From the NCBI RefSeq assembly GCF_003018255.1, contig NZ_CP027440.1: DNA of 64,000 bases. One strand, 5' to 3'. The stretch's first letter is position 1; each line of letters begins with the position of its first letter. A program made the position numbers and the translations under genes. Below are positions 23,095 to 35,022 of this stretch, piece by piece. The stretch comes from Escherichia coli. GTDB lineage: Bacteria > Pseudomonadota > Gammaproteobacteria > Enterobacterales > Enterobacteriaceae. The notes beneath the pieces are model-generated. The model was given only the letters and a program-made list of their open reading frames with translations. It had not been told where the DNA came from and did no database searches.

Positions 23095-23138
23095 ATACAG
23101 GGGGAAGGCATTCCCCCAGGATAATACAAGGAACAATA

Positions 23139-24044
23139 ATGAAAAAGTTATTACCCTGTACCGCACTGGTGATGTGTGCGGGAATGGCCTGCGCACAGGC
23201 CGAGGAAAAGAACGACTGGCACTTTAATATCGGCGCGATGTACGAAATAGAAAACGTCGAGGGTTATGGCGAAGATATGGATGGGCTCGCGGAGCCTTCT
23301 GTCTATTTTAATGCCGCCAACGGGCCGTGGAGAATTTCTCTGGCCTATTATCAGGAAGGGCCGGTAGATTATAGCGCGGGTAAACGTGGAACGTGGTTTG
23401 ATCGCCCGGAGCTGGAGGTGCATTATCAGTTCCTCGAAAGCGATGATTTCAGTTTCGGACTGACCGGCGGTTTCCGTAATTATGGTTATCACTACGTTGA
23501 TGAACCGGGTAAAGACACGGCGAATATGCAGCGCTGGAAAATCGCGCCAGACTGGGATGTGAAACTGACTGACGATTTACGTTTCAACGGTTGGTTATCG
23601 ATGTATAAATTTGCCAACGATCTGAACACGACCGGTTACGCTGATACCCGAGTCGAAACGGAAACAGGTCTGCAATATACCTTCAACGAAACGGTTGCTT
23701 TGCGAGTGAACTATTATCTCGAGCGCGGCTTCAATATGGACGACAGCCGCAATAACGGTGAGTTTTCCACGCAAGAAATTCGTGCCTATTTGCCGCTGAC
23801 GCTCGGCAACCACTCGGTGACGCCGTATACGCGCATTGGGCTGGATCGCTGGAGTAACTGGGACTGGCAGGATGATATTGAACGTGAAGGCCATGATTTT
23901 AACCGTGTGGGGTTATTTTACGGTTATGATTTCCAGAATGGTCTTTCCGTTTCGCTGGAATACGCGTTTGAGTGGCAGGATCACGACGAAGGCGACAGCG
24001 ATAAATTCCATTATGCAGGTGTCGGCGTAAATTACTCGTTCTGA
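23139..24044 (+). CDS. ompG: Outer membrane porin OmpG (monomeric beta-barrel)
   Basis: 301-aa ORF with signal peptide, aromatic-rich beta-strand pattern, C-terminal ...VNYSF. Confidence 0.9.
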   Translation: MKKLLPCTALVMCAGMACAQAEEKNDWHFNIGAMYEIENVEGYGEDMDGLAEPSVYFNAANGPWRISLAYYQEGPVDYSAGKRGTWFDRPELEVHYQFLESDDFSFGLTGGFRNYGYHYVDEPGKDTANMQRWKIAPDWDVKLTDDLRFNGWLSMYKFANDLNTTGYADTRVETETGLQYTFNETVALRVNYYLERGFNMDDSRNNGEFSTQEIRAYLPLTLGNHSVTPYTRIGLDRWSNWDWQDDIEREGHDFNRVGLFYGYDFQNGLSVSLEYAFEWQDHDEGDSDKFHYAGVGVNYSF

Positions 24045-24059
24045 TAATGGGTTAAATTG

Positions 24060-24091
24060 CCGGATGCGGCGCGAGCGCCAAATCCGGCATA
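24060..24091. terminator. REP-like hairpin / bidirectional terminator between convergent ompG and ycjW
   Basis: Imperfect palindrome gccggatgcggcgcgagcgccaaatccggca. Confidence 0.45.
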
Positions 24092-24094
24092 CAT

Positions 24095-25093
24095 TTATTT
24101 CAACGACATATGCGTGGCAACGGTAATATTTTGTGGTGACGGTTTTCCGGCAATTAAGCGGAATAATAACTCGCAGCTTTGTTGCCCTAACTCCTGCGTC
24201 GGAACATCGATGCCGCCCGGTGCAGGCGTTAAAATAAATGACAGCGTTTCATTGCTATAGCCCACCACCGCTAACTGCTGCGGAATAGCAATATTTTTCT
24301 CTGCTGCCGCACGATAAATGCTCATTAATTTCAGGCTGTCAGTGGCAAATACGGCTTCTGGCAACGGCGACTGGCTTAATAATTGCCGTGCGGCTTGCAA
24401 GGCTGTTTCATGGGTATAACCGCCGTCAACAATCCATTCATCACGCACTGCAATATTATGCGCAGCCAGACTTTGCTTATAGCCATTAACGCGGTCAACC
24501 GAGACATGGACATCAAGCGGAGCATGCAGGCAGGCAATATTTTGATGCCCACTTTCAATTAACGCATCGGTCAACGCAATGCTGTCGCCAAAATTATCGG
24601 TATCGACAGAATAAACATGGGCATATTGACCTTCAACTTTGCCAATTACCACCACCGGAATATCATATTTATCGAGTTGGGCAAAAAATGACTCATCCGC
24701 TGGCGAACTTAGCATAATAATGCCTTTAATCATTTTCTGCTTAATTTTGCTTTCGCATTTTTGTAAGTCTTCTGCCAGGTTGTGCGACGTCTGCAATATC
24801 ACGTCGAAACCTTCTTCTTCAGCTTTGGCGGTGATGGCATGTAAAACTTCCGAGAAAAACGGATTACCCGCCGTAGTTTTGGTCGAACGGGTAGAAATCA
24901 CCATAATGGCATCAAAACCCGAAGAGGTCAGCGCGCGTGCCAGCTTGTTTGGTTGATACTGTAATTCTTCAATGGCCCGTAACACTTTTTCGCGCGCTTC
25001 CGGGGAGATATTGGTTTGCTTATTCAGCACGCGTGATACGGTGGATTTTGATACGCCTGCAACCCTGGCAATATCATAAATAGTAGGGGACAT
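24095..25093 (-). CDS. ycjW: LacI-family transcriptional regulator YcjW
   Basis: 332-aa ORF; N-terminal HTH ([20 protein letters not shown]) plus periplasmic-binding-protein-like fold. Confidence 0.88.
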   Translation of the reverse strand: MSPTIYDIARVAGVSKSTVSRVLNKQTNISPEAREKVLRAIEELQYQPNKLARALTSSGFDAIMVISTRSTKTTAGNPFFSEVLHAITAKAEEEGFDVILQTSHNLAEDLQKCESKIKQKMIKGIIMLSSPADESFFAQLDKYDIPVVVIGKVEGQYAHVYSVDTDNFGDSIALTDALIESGHQNIACLHAPLDVHVSVDRVNGYKQSLAAHNIAVRDEWIVDGGYTHETALQAARQLLSQSPLPEAVFATDSLKLMSIYRAAAEKNIAIPQQLAVVGYSNETLSFILTPAPGGIDVPTQELGQQSCELLFRLIAGKPSPQNITVATHMSLK

Positions 25094-25247
25094 AGGTCAG
25101 GAACTCCGTCCGAACGTGAATGTTGCACATCTTATGGAGTTCGCCCGTCGATGACAACACGGGCAGTTGATAATCAATGGCCTGGCCCCCACATTCATAT
25201 CCTTACGAATGATTTTTTTCTGGTCTTCAGAGCAGCACAGGACAGCA

Positions 25248-26645
25248 ATGAAGCGACTTAAAAATGAACTTAATGCGCTGGTGAATCGGGGTGTCGACAG
25301 ACATCTGCGCCTCGCTGTAACCGGACTTAGCCGCAGCGGCAAAACAGCGTTTATCACCGCGATGGTTAATCAGTTGCTCAATATTCATGCCGGAGCACGT
25401 TTGCCGCTATTAAGTGCGGTGCGTGAAGAACGCCTGCTGGGCGTAAAACGCATTCCCCAGCGTGACTTTGGCATTCCGCGCTTCACCTATGATGAAGGAC
25501 TGGCGCAGTTATATGGCGATCCTCCCGCCTGGCCGACGCCAACGCGCGGCGTCAGCGAAATTCGCCTGGCGCTACGCTATAAATCGAACGATTCGCTGCT
25601 GCGCCACTTTAAGGATACCTCCACGCTGTATCTGGAGATTGTGGATTACCCCGGCGAATGGTTGCTCGACCTGCCGATGCTGGCGCAGGACTATTTAAGC
25701 TGGTCGCGCCAGATGACGGGCTTACTCAATGGTCAGCGCGGCGAATGGTCGGCGAAATGGCGAATGATGTGCGAAGGGCTGGACCCGCTAGCGCCTGCCG
25801 ACGAAAACCGGCTGGCAGACATTGCCGCCGCGTGGACCGATTATCTCCACCACTGTAAACAGCAGGGGCTGCACTTTATTCAGCCTGGGCGCTTTGTCTT
25901 GCCGGGAGATATGGCAGGTGCGCCCGCGCTGCAATTCTTCCCATGGCCAGATGTCGATGCCTGGGGCGAGTCTAAACTGGCGCAGGCCGATAAACACACC
26001 AACGCCGGAATGTTGCGCGAGCGTTTTAATTATTACTGCGAGAAGGTGGTGAAAGGATTCTATAAAAATCACTTCCTGCGTTTTGACCGCCAGATTGTGC
26101 TGGTGGACTGCCTGCAACCGCTCAACAGTGGACCACAGGCATTTAATGATATGCGTCTGGCGCTGACGCAGCTGATGCAAAGTTTCCACTACGGGCAGCG
26201 TACCCTGTTCCGGCGTTTGTTTTCGCCGGTTATCGATAAGCTATTGTTTGCTGCCACTAAAGCGGACCATGTGACCATCGATCAGCACGCTAATATGGTT
26301 TCATTACTGCAACAACTGATTCAGGATGCCTGGCAAAATGCGGCGTTCGAAGGGATCAGCATGGACTGCCTGGGGCTGGCGTCAGTTCAGGCGACCACCA
26401 GCGGCATTATTGATGTTAACGGTGAGAAAATCCCGGCGCTGCGCGGTAATCGACTCAGCGATGGCGCACCGCTCACTGTTTATCCTGGCGAAGTTCCCGC
26501 TCGTTTGCCCGGTCAGGCGTTCTGGGATAAGCAAGGCTTCCAGTTTGAGGCGTTTCGTCCGCAGGTGATGGATGTCGACAAACCGCTGCCGCATATTCGC
26601 CTTGATGCTGCGCTGGAATTTTTAATAGGAGATAAATTGCGATGA
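25248..26645 (+). CDS. ycjX: YcjX family P-loop NTPase (stress-induced)
   Basis: ORF 25167..26645; ATG 25248 gives [15 protein letters not shown] (465 aa); P-loop GLSRSGKT. Confidence 0.85.
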   Translation: MKRLKNELNALVNRGVDRHLRLAVTGLSRSGKTAFITAMVNQLLNIHAGARLPLLSAVREERLLGVKRIPQRDFGIPRFTYDEGLAQLYGDPPAWPTPTRGVSEIRLALRYKSNDSLLRHFKDTSTLYLEIVDYPGEWLLDLPMLAQDYLSWSRQMTGLLNGQRGEWSAKWRMMCEGLDPLAPADENRLADIAAAWTDYLHHCKQQGLHFIQPGRFVLPGDMAGAPALQFFPWPDVDAWGESKLAQADKHTNAGMLRERFNYYCEKVVKGFYKNHFLRFDRQIVLVDCLQPLNSGPQAFNDMRLALTQLMQSFHYGQRTLFRRLFSPVIDKLLFAATKADHVTIDQHANMVSLLQQLIQDAWQNAAFEGISMDCLGLASVQATTSGIIDVNGEKIPALRGNRLSDGAPLTVYPGEVPARLPGQAFWDKQGFQFEAFRPQVMDVDKPLPHIRLDAALEFLIGDKLR

Positions 26646-27703
26646 CCGAACCGTTAAAACCACGTATTGATTTCGACGGTCCACTGGAGGTCGATCAGAA
26701 TCCAAAATTCAGGGCGCAGCAGACCTTTGACGAAAATCAGGCGCAAAATTTTGCCCCGGCCACGCTCGACGAAGCGCAGGAAGAAGAGGGGCAAGTTGAA
26801 GCGGTGATGGACGCAGCGTTACGTCCGAAACGCAGCCTGTGCCGCAAAATGGTGATGGGCGGGTTGGCTCTGTTTGGCGCAAGCGTTGTCGGGCAGGGTG
26901 TACAGTGGACAATGAACGCCTGGCAAACCCAGGACTGGGTGGCGCTGGGTGGATGTGCCGCTGGGGCATTGATTATCGGCGCTGGCGTAGGTTCTGTGGT
27001 AACAGAGTGGCGGCGCTTATGGCGCTTGCGACAGCGCGCCCATGAACGCGACGAAGCGCGTGATTTATTGCATAGTCACGGCACGGGTAAAGGCCGCGCA
27101 TTTTGCGAAAAACTGGCACAGCAGGCGGGCATCGATCAGTCACATCCGGCGCTGCAACGCTGGTATGCCTCAATCCATGAAACGCAAAACGACCGTGAAG
27201 TGGTCAGTTTGTATGCGCATTTGGTCCAGCCAGTTTTAGATGCCCAGGCGCGGCGCGAAATCAGCCGTTCGGCAGCGGAATCAACGTTGATGATTGCGGT
27301 CAGCCCTCTGGCGCTGGTGGATATGGCGTTTATCGCCTGGCGCAATCTGCGTTTGATTAATCGCATCGCCACGCTGTATGGCATTGAACTGGGATATTAC
27401 AGCCGTTTGCGCCTGTTTAAGCTGGTATTGCTGAATATCGCTTTCGCCGGAGCCAGCGAACTGGTGCGCGAAGTGGGGATGGACTGGATGTCGCAAGATC
27501 TCGCTGCGCGTTTGTCTACCCGGGCAGCTCAGGGGATTGGTGCTGGACTTCTGACGGCACGACTGGGGATTAAAGCTATGGAACTTTGCCGCCCGCTGCC
27601 GTGGATTGAAGATGACAAACCTCGCCTCGGGGATTTCCGTCGTCAGCTTATCGGTCAGGTGAAAGAGACGCTGCAAAAAGGCAAAACGCCCAGCGAAAAA
27701 TAA
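26642..27703 (+). CDS. ycjF: Inner membrane protein YcjF (DUF697/UPF0283)
   Basis: 353-aa ORF overlapping the ycjX stop by 4 nt; TM segments. Confidence 0.85.
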   Translation: MTEPLKPRIDFDGPLEVDQNPKFRAQQTFDENQAQNFAPATLDEAQEEEGQVEAVMDAALRPKRSLCRKMVMGGLALFGASVVGQGVQWTMNAWQTQDWVALGGCAAGALIIGAGVGSVVTEWRRLWRLRQRAHERDEARDLLHSHGTGKGRAFCEKLAQQAGIDQSHPALQRWYASIHETQNDREVVSLYAHLVQPVLDAQARREISRSAAESTLMIAVSPLALVDMAFIAWRNLRLINRIATLYGIELGYYSRLRLFKLVLLNIAFAGASELVREVGMDWMSQDLAARLSTRAAQGIGAGLLTARLGIKAMELCRPLPWIEDDKPRLGDFRRQLIGQVKETLQKGKTPSEK

Positions 27704-27762
27704 TGCAATATCGGGTGCTGACCGGATATCTTTACGCCGAAGTGCCCGTTTTTCCGTCTTTG

Positions 27763-27780
27763 TGTCAATCATTGTTGACA
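27763..27780 (+). promoter_or_regulatory. TyrR box (autoregulatory operator) upstream of tyrR
   Basis: Palindrome tgtcaa-tcattg-ttgaca, matching the TyrR-box pattern TGTAAA-N6-TTTACA, about 70 bp upstream of the tyrR ATG. Confidence 0.6.
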
Positions 27781-27850
27781 GAAACCTTCCTGCTATCCAA
27801 ATAGTGTCATATCATCATATTAATTGTTCTTTTTTCAGGTGAAGGTTCCC

Positions 27851-29392
27851 ATGCGTCTGGAAGTCTTTTGTGAAGACCGACTTGGTCTGACCCGCGAATT
27901 ACTCGATCTACTGGTGCTGAGAGGCATTGATTTACGCGGTATTGAGATTGACCCCATTGGGCGAATCTACCTCAATTTTGCCGAACTGGAATTTGAAAGT
28001 TTCAGCAGTCTGATGGCCGAAATACGCCGTATTGCAGGTGTTACCGATGTGCGCACTGTTCCGTGGATGCCTTCCGAACGTGAGCATCTGGCGTTGAGCG
28101 CGTTACTGGAGGCGTTGCCTGAGCCTGTGCTTTCTGTTGATATGAAAAGCAAAGTGGATATGGCGAACCCGGCGAGCTGTCAGCTTTTTGGGCAAAAATT
28201 GGATCGCCTGCGCAACCATACCGCCGCGCAATTAATTAACGGCTTTAATTTTTTACGCTGGCTGGAAAGCGAACCGCAAGACTCGCATAACGAGCATGTT
28301 GTTATTAATGGGCAGAATTTCCTGATGGAGATTACGCCTGTTTATCTTCAGGATGAAAATGATCAACATGTTCTGACCGGTGCGGTGGTGATGTTGCGCT
28401 CGACGATTCGTATGGGCCGTCAGTTGCAGAATGTCGCCGCCCAGGACGTCAGTGCCTTCAGTCAAATTGTCGCCGTCAGCCCGAAAATGAAGCATGTTGT
28501 CGAACAGGCGCAGAAACTGGCGATGCTAAGCGCGCCGTTGCTGATTACGGGTGACACCGGTACAGGTAAAGATCTCTTTGCCTACGCCTGCCATCAGGCA
28601 AGCCCACGAGCGGGCAAACCTTACCTGGCGCTGAACTGCGCGTCTATACCGGAAGATGCGGTCGAGAGTGAACTGTTTGGTCATGCTCCGGAAGGTAAAA
28701 AAGGGTTCTTTGAGCAGGCGAACGGTGGTTCGGTGCTGTTAGATGAGATAGGCGAGATGTCGCCAAGGATGCAGGCGAAATTACTGCGTTTCCTCAATGA
28801 TGGTACTTTCCGTCGAGTTGGTGAAGATCATGAAGTGCATGTCGATGTAAGGGTGATTTGCGCTACGCAGAAGAATTTGGTCGAACTGGTGCAAAAAGGC
28901 GTGTTCCGTGAAGATCTCTATTATCGTCTGAACGTGTTGACGCTCAATCTGCCGCCGCTACGTGACTGTCCGCAGGACATCATGCCGTTAACCGAGCTGT
29001 TCGTCGCCCGCTTTGCCGACGAGCAGGGCGTGCCGCGTCCGAAACTGGCCGCTGACCTGAATACTGTGCTTACACGTTATGCGTGGCCGGGAAATGTGCG
29101 GCAGTTAAAGAACGCTATCTATCGCGCACTGACACAACTGGACGGTTATGAGCTGCGTCCACAGGATATTTTGTTGCCGGATTATGACGCCGCAACGGTA
29201 GCCGTGGGCGAAGATGCGATGGAAGGTTCGCTGGACGAAATCACCAGTCGTTTTGAACGCTCGGTATTAACCCAGCTTTATCGCAATTATCCCAGCACGC
29301 GCAAACTGGCAAAACGTCTCGGCGTTTCACATACCGCGATTGCCAATAAGTTGCGGGAATACGGTCTGAGTCAGAAGAAGAACGAAGAGTAA
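27851..29392 (+). CDS. tyrR: Transcriptional regulator TyrR (ACT-PAS-AAA+-HTH)
   Basis: ORF 27824..29392; ATG at 27851 gives MRLEVFCEDRLGLTRELLDLLVLRGIDLRG (513 aa); Walker A GDTGTGKD. Confidence 0.92.
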   Translation: MRLEVFCEDRLGLTRELLDLLVLRGIDLRGIEIDPIGRIYLNFAELEFESFSSLMAEIRRIAGVTDVRTVPWMPSEREHLALSALLEALPEPVLSVDMKSKVDMANPASCQLFGQKLDRLRNHTAAQLINGFNFLRWLESEPQDSHNEHVVINGQNFLMEITPVYLQDENDQHVLTGAVVMLRSTIRMGRQLQNVAAQDVSAFSQIVAVSPKMKHVVEQAQKLAMLSAPLLITGDTGTGKDLFAYACHQASPRAGKPYLALNCASIPEDAVESELFGHAPEGKKGFFEQANGGSVLLDEIGEMSPRMQAKLLRFLNDGTFRRVGEDHEVHVDVRVICATQKNLVELVQKGVFREDLYYRLNVLTLNLPPLRDCPQDIMPLTELFVARFADEQGVPRPKLAADLNTVLTRYAWPGNVRQLKNAIYRALTQLDGYELRPQDILLPDYDAATVAVGEDAMEGSLDEITSRFERSVLTQLYRNYPSTRKLAKRLGVSHTAIANKLREYGLSQKKNEE

Positions 29393-29400
29393 GCGCGAAT

Positions 29401-29431
29401 ATGCCTGATGGTGCAACACCATCAGGCATAT
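29401..29431. terminator. Bidirectional rho-independent terminator between convergent tyrR and tpx
   Basis: Near-perfect hairpin atgcctgatggtg-caaca-ccatcaggcat. Confidence 0.7.
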
Positions 29432-29435
29432 TAAC

Positions 29436-29942
29436 TTATGCTTTCAGTACAGCCAGAGCTGCTTCGTAATCCGGCTCGGTGGTGATTTCATCCACCAGCT
29501 GGCTGAAAATCACATTGTCATTTTCATCAATAACCACAACGGCACGCGCTGCCAGACCTTTCAGTGGGCCATCAGCAATTGCCACACCGTAGGCTTGCAG
29601 GAATTCAGCGTTACGGAAAGTGGAGAGGGTGATAACGTTGTTCAGACCTTCTGCGCCGCAGAAACGAGACTGGGCGAACGGCAGATCGGCAGAGATACAC
29701 AGCACAACGGTGTTGTCGATCTCTGTTGCCAGTTGGTTAAACTTACGTACTGATGCGGCGCAAACACCGGTATCAATACTCGGGAAAATGTTCAGCACTT
29801 TGCGTTTACCCGCAAACTGACCGAGGGTGACGTCAGACAGATCTTTTGCCACGAGAGTAAAAGTCTGCGCTTTGCTACCCGCCTGCGGGATGGAATTGGC
29901 GACTGTAACCGGGTTGCCCTGGAAATGAACGGTTTGTGACAT
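29436..29942 (-). CDS. tpx: Thiol peroxidase (atypical 2-Cys peroxiredoxin)
   Basis: 168-aa [38 protein letters not shown]. Confidence 0.92.
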   Translation of the reverse strand: MSQTVHFQGNPVTVANSIPQAGSKAQTFTLVAKDLSDVTLGQFAGKRKVLNIFPSIDTGVCAASVRKFNQLATEIDNTVVLCISADLPFAQSRFCGAEGLNNVITLSTFRNAEFLQAYGVAIADGPLKGLAARAVVVIDENDNVIFSQLVDEITTEPDYEAALAVLKA

Positions 29943-30050
29943 GATTATCTTTCCTGTTTACATATAGTTAACGTCACACCTAGTTTATGCTAACTGTCAA
30001 TAACACAGCAAACGCTATTTGCGCTTAATCCGCAGACCACCGCGACAACA

Positions 30051-31000
<950 letters not shown>

Positions 31001-31026
<26 letters not shown>

Positions 31027-31729
31027 GATGCCAGCGCAGCAAGTTTGCCATCGCAAAGAGATATTTTTCGCTGGCTTCGTCGGAGGAGATGGGTGGAAAC
31101 TCTGCGGTGATGCAATGCAAGTTGAGATCTGCACACCAACTACCGAAAGAGCCAGGCGTTTCATAACCGACGCTGGTTACCAGAGGCAATTCAAACGCCT
31201 GGGCCAGCCATTCACCTAATTCGCTGTGTCTGGGATCTTCAATACAGGCCAGCGGATCGTGGAATGAGACCACCCAGGCAGGTTGAATGCGGTGTATAAG
31301 CTGGCACAGCGCCTGGGTTTCAGGTTCGGAGCCAGGTTTGTCACCTGTCAGCAATACGACATCACGTTCTTCAGCGGCGCTGTTCCAGCGATAAACGGTT
31401 TCACCTTCCTTCCAGTTCGCCGCCGGAAAGTTTCGGTTTAAATCCACACCATTAGCATTGGCCCGTAACCCTAACTGGCAGCCGTCAGGATTCACACACA
31501 GCACCACATGATGGCGGCGCAAAGACGGTGTCAAAGTCCGCAGAGCACAGGAGAGCGTGACGATCGAAGAGTTTTCATCACCGTGAGTGCCAGCCAGAAT
31601 CAAACCACTTTCGTGACTGGCTGCAGGGGCCGGAAACCAGATTAACGGCGCGCCCAATAATGAACGTCCGTAATGTTCTGTACCGGGCGGAAATGCGCCG
31701 CGTTCGGCGCGTGGGCGAGTTACGGTCAT
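31001..31729 (-). CDS. mpaA: Murein peptide amidase A (gamma-D-Glu-meso-Dap amidase, M14 peptidase family)
   Basis: ORF 31001..31789(-); start at MTVTRPRAERGAFPPGTEHYG (ATG rc 31727-31729), 242 aa; 3' end overlaps the convergent ycjG 3' end. Confidence 0.88.
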
Positions 31730-31824
31730 GATCGTCTCTGGTTCAGGAAGTATTACAGGCAGTGTTGTGCAAATTTTGCGGATTATCAAATCCTTTTCTT
31801 CAACGCTATGTTATCGATCTTGTA

Positions 31825-31856
31825 TCACTTTTTTGCCGGAAGTTGTTTGCATTTTC
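31825..31856. promoter_or_regulatory. Conserved 32-bp element, copy 1 (tcacttttttgccggaagttgtttgcattttc), upstream of mpaA
   Basis: Near-identical (28/30) to a second copy at 34936-34967 upstream of mppA; contains a TTGCAT hexamer; function inferred only. Confidence 0.4.
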
Positions 31857-32019
31857 ATTGATGTGCAGATATTAGAATTGTCGTAATGTTATATACATGG
31901 CGTATTTTATTCTTACTGGTTCTACACATGTTAATCGCATCTGATTGATCAGTTCACCTTAATAAGTTTAATAAATCGTACTGCACATAGTACAGTACGA
32001 TGGTAGCTATATAATTGAT

Positions 32020-32658
32020 TTACATGAAGAATGGCTTATCGCCATCAGTCCCGGGTTGATTGATTCCTATATTCTCACCAATGTGTTTCTCAGGTTTATC
32101 GATGATATCTGTAATTAATGCTGCGACACTCTTACGTGATACGATCGTACCTTTGAATGGTTCATTGCGTGAGGTAAGCTCATAATCAATAATATCTTCA
32201 TCAGTCAGCCAGGCAGGGCGAAGAATTGTATATTCCAGTCCAGAAGCCTCAATTGCATCTGCAGCCCTGCGGAATGGTTTTAGGGGTTCACCAATAACTG
32301 CATTATTCCATTCGCCAAATTTTCCTGGAACTTCATCATAAATACCGAGGGAAAGAACAAAGATCAGACGTTTAACATCACCGACTTTCATCGCAGCGAT
32401 CACTGAATTTGCCTGAATATCTAAATCTTCCCCCGTAAGGTTGGCATACACAACATCCTGTCCCTGCATGGCCTGCTTCAGTGCTGCATGATTCAGTACA
32501 TCCCCCATAATAATCTTGCTATTAGTGGGATAGGGTTTGTGGATTTTTGCTGGCTGACGGGCAAATAAAGTTTGTTTAATGGTTTGTTTATCTGCCAGTT
32601 GATTAATCACATGGCGGGCTATCTGACCGCCAGCACCAAGAATCAGTACATTTTTCAT
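32020..32658 (-). CDS. ymjC: NAD(P)-binding NmrA/SDR-like protein, full length
   Basis: 212-aa ORF with N-terminal Rossmann motif ILGAGGQIARHV; position of the K-12 ymjC locus. Confidence 0.7.
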   Translation of the reverse strand: MKNVLILGAGGQIARHVINQLADKQTIKQTLFARQPAKIHKPYPTNSKIIMGDVLNHAALKQAMQGQDVVYANLTGEDLDIQANSVIAAMKVGDVKRLIFVLSLGIYDEVPGKFGEWNNAVIGEPLKPFRRAADAIEASGLEYTILRPAWLTDEDIIDYELTSRNEPFKGTIVSRKSVAALITDIIDKPEKHIGENIGINQPGTDGDKPFFM

Positions 32659-32729
32659 GAAACTTTTCCCAGATTATTGGCAGCAATATGCCAGGCCATA
32701 TCACTATTACGGATTTGAATATGTTTCAT
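32655..32729 (-). CDS. Small 24-aa ORF (MKHIQIRNSDMAWHIAANNLGKVS), translationally coupled between ycjY and ymjC
   Basis: Its ATG overlaps the ycjY stop (TAATG) and its TGA overlaps the ymjC ATG (ATGA); corresponds positionally to K-12 ymjD, but the name is from memory only. Confidence 0.4.
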   Translation of the reverse strand: MKHIQIRNSDMAWHIAANNLGKVS

Positions 32730-33661
32730 TACAGAGTTTCCTCAAAGAACGGAGCTAATACTGAAATTGCTTCAGCCACATAGACTTTGCCGTCATAAAG
32801 ATCCATATGGTTTGCGCCTTCAACAATGTGATAGCGTTTATCCTGGCTTGATGCTCGATCGTACAGGTCGTCACTCATCCATTTGCTCCCTGCCTGGCTG
32901 CCCGCCACAATCTGTATCGGCTGAGTCAGGTACACTTCCGCCATATGGTAAGCATCATAGGTAATAATCTGGTTAAGGCTGCGCAAAGTAGCGTAACCCG
33001 GTGCTGTTGGATACTGCGCGCGAGGGGTATGGTAATACTCCCAGGCCTGACGCAGTTCTTCGTTCGGCGCATCGGACTCCTTCATTGGTGCCAGTGGCAT
33101 AGTGGCGTATTCTCTGCTGCTAATATCGCTGGTTCGGGCGTTTGAACCCGCGTCAACGTATGGTAGGGCATCTATAGATTTCACATTGTTTTCCCAACCA
33201 TTACGGAACATCGAACCAATATTGACCGCACTAACAGTACCGATGGCCTTGATGCGGCGATCCTGAATTGCAGCATTGGCTGTATATCCTGCACCGGCAC
33301 AAATTCCCATCGCACCAATTCGGCTATTGTCGACATAAGAAAGCGTTGTCAGGTAATCAATCACGGCACTGACGTCTTCAGTACGAATGTATGGGTTTTC
33401 TAACTGACGCGGCTCGCCGCCGCTTTCACCTTGATAAGATGCGTCATAAGCAATAGTGACAAATCCCTTTTCCGCCAGTTTTTCGGCATAGGTTCCAGCC
33501 GTTTGCTCTTTAACGCCCCCACCTGGGTGAGATACCACAATTGCCGGATACTGACGGGTTTCATCAAATTTTGGAGGGAAATAGATCACTGCAGACAAAG
33601 AGATGGTTGGATTATTGCTGTTAGTGAAGCTGACTTTATTATTCATCATTCCGTTCCTCAT
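32729..33661 (-). CDS. ycjY: Alpha/beta hydrolase (S9/dienelactone-hydrolase-like)
   Basis: 310-aa ORF with nucleophile-elbow-like GICAGAG; synteny; true start may lie a few codons inside. Confidence 0.8.
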   Translation of the reverse strand: MRNGMMNNKVSFTNSNNPTISLSAVIYFPPKFDETRQYPAIVVSHPGGGVKEQTAGTYAEKLAEKGFVTIAYDASYQGESGGEPRQLENPYIRTEDVSAVIDYLTTLSYVDNSRIGAMGICAGAGYTANAAIQDRRIKAIGTVSAVNIGSMFRNGWENNVKSIDALPYVDAGSNARTSDISSREYATMPLAPMKESDAPNEELRQAWEYYHTPRAQYPTAPGYATLRSLNQIITYDAYHMAEVYLTQPIQIVAGSQAGSKWMSDDLYDRASSQDKRYHIVEGANHMDLYDGKVYVAEAISVLAPFFEETL

Positions 33662-33786
33662 GGAGTTGTCGGTTCGTTTTGACGGTTGGTGATATCACTA
33701 TAGATATTGATCATTAAGTTGATTAGACCCAAAATCATGATTAGACCTATCATTTAAATGATTAATAGATTGTATGGAGATACTGA

Positions 33787-34686
33787 ATGAAGCGTGAAGA
33801 AATCGCTGATCTGATGGCGTTTGTCGTCGTTGCAGAGGAGCGTAGCTTCACTCGCGCAGCAGCCCGCCTGAGCATGGCGCAGTCAGCTTTAAGCCAGATA
33901 GTGCGCCGTATAGAAGAACGATTGGGATTGCGGCTTCTGACACGAACCACGCGCAGCGTTGTACCCACTGAAGCGGGCGAGCATCTTTTGTCTGTTCTTG
34001 GCCCTATGTTGCATGACATAGATTCTGCCCTGACATCCCTGAGCGATCTGCAGAACCGCCCATCCGGGACAATACGTATTACTACTGTAGAACATGCAGC
34101 AAAAACGATATTGTTACCAGCTATGCGCACATTCCTGAAATCGCATCCTGAAATTGATATCCAGCTTACCATTGATTATGGTTTGACCGATGTCGTTTCT
34201 GAACGTTTTGATGCAGGCGTCCGTCTGGGTGGGGAGATGGATAAAGATATGATCGCCATTCGAATCGGGCCAGATATACCAATGGCTATTGTTGGCTCAC
34301 CGGATTATTTTTCTCGTCGAAGTGCTCCAACCTCAGTGTCACAATTAATAGATCATCAGGCAATTAATTTGTATCTTCCCACATCGGGTACAGCAAATCG
34401 CTGGAGATTAATACGCGGTGGACGTGAAGTTCGTGTTCGCATGGAAGGTCAGCTTTTACTGAATACGATAGACCTGATCATTGATGCTGCAATTGATGGG
34501 CATGGATTGGCGTATCTACCTTATGATCAGGTTGAGCGGGCTATTAAAGAAAAAAAACTGATACGTGTTTTGGATAAATTCACACCAGATTTACCCGGTT
34601 ATCACCTGTACTATCCACACCGTCGACATGCTGGCTCGGCATTCTCATTATTTATAGATAGGCTGAAGTATAAAGGTGCTGTTTAG
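33787..34686 (+). CDS. pgrR: LysR-family transcriptional regulator PgrR (YcjZ), regulator of murein peptide degradation
   Basis: 299-aa ORF with N-terminal LysR HTH (FTRAAARLSMAQSALSQIVRRIEERLG). Confidence 0.85.
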   Translation: MKREEIADLMAFVVVAEERSFTRAAARLSMAQSALSQIVRRIEERLGLRLLTRTTRSVVPTEAGEHLLSVLGPMLHDIDSALTSLSDLQNRPSGTIRITTVEHAAKTILLPAMRTFLKSHPEIDIQLTIDYGLTDVVSERFDAGVRLGGEMDKDMIAIRIGPDIPMAIVGSPDYFSRRSAPTSVSQLIDHQAINLYLPTSGTANRWRLIRGGREVRVRMEGQLLLNTIDLIIDAAIDGHGLAYLPYDQVERAIKEKKLIRVLDKFTPDLPGYHLYYPHRRHAGSAFSLFIDRLKYKGAV

Positions 34687-34935
34687 CACTACTTGCTGAT
34701 ACATTAATTTAATTCTTCTCTTAACGTATTCTCAGTTCCTTTCAACGTTTTGGTTATTTTTTATTCTTCGTACAATGGCGACAGATGCTGATTATGATAC
34801 CGAAAACGGGTTTGAACGTGCGAAGCCCGAACGTAGTGTTCGGAGTTCTATGTGCTTTACCGCATTTTGGAGACTATTATTTACACTAAATCTGATTTGA
34901 TATATTGATACTTAAAACATTTGATGCTTCCTTTG

Positions 34936-34967
34936 TCACTTTTTTGATGGAAGTTGTTTGCATTTCT
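34936..34967. promoter_or_regulatory. Conserved 32-bp element, copy 2 (tcacttttttgatggaagttgtttgcatttct), upstream of mppA
   Basis: Paralogous to 31825-31856; lies about 55 bp upstream of the mppA ATG. Confidence 0.4.
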
Positions 34968-35022
34968 TTAAGGCGAAACAAATAATTACGCATCAATTTT
35001 AATGTCGGTTAGAGGGAAACTT

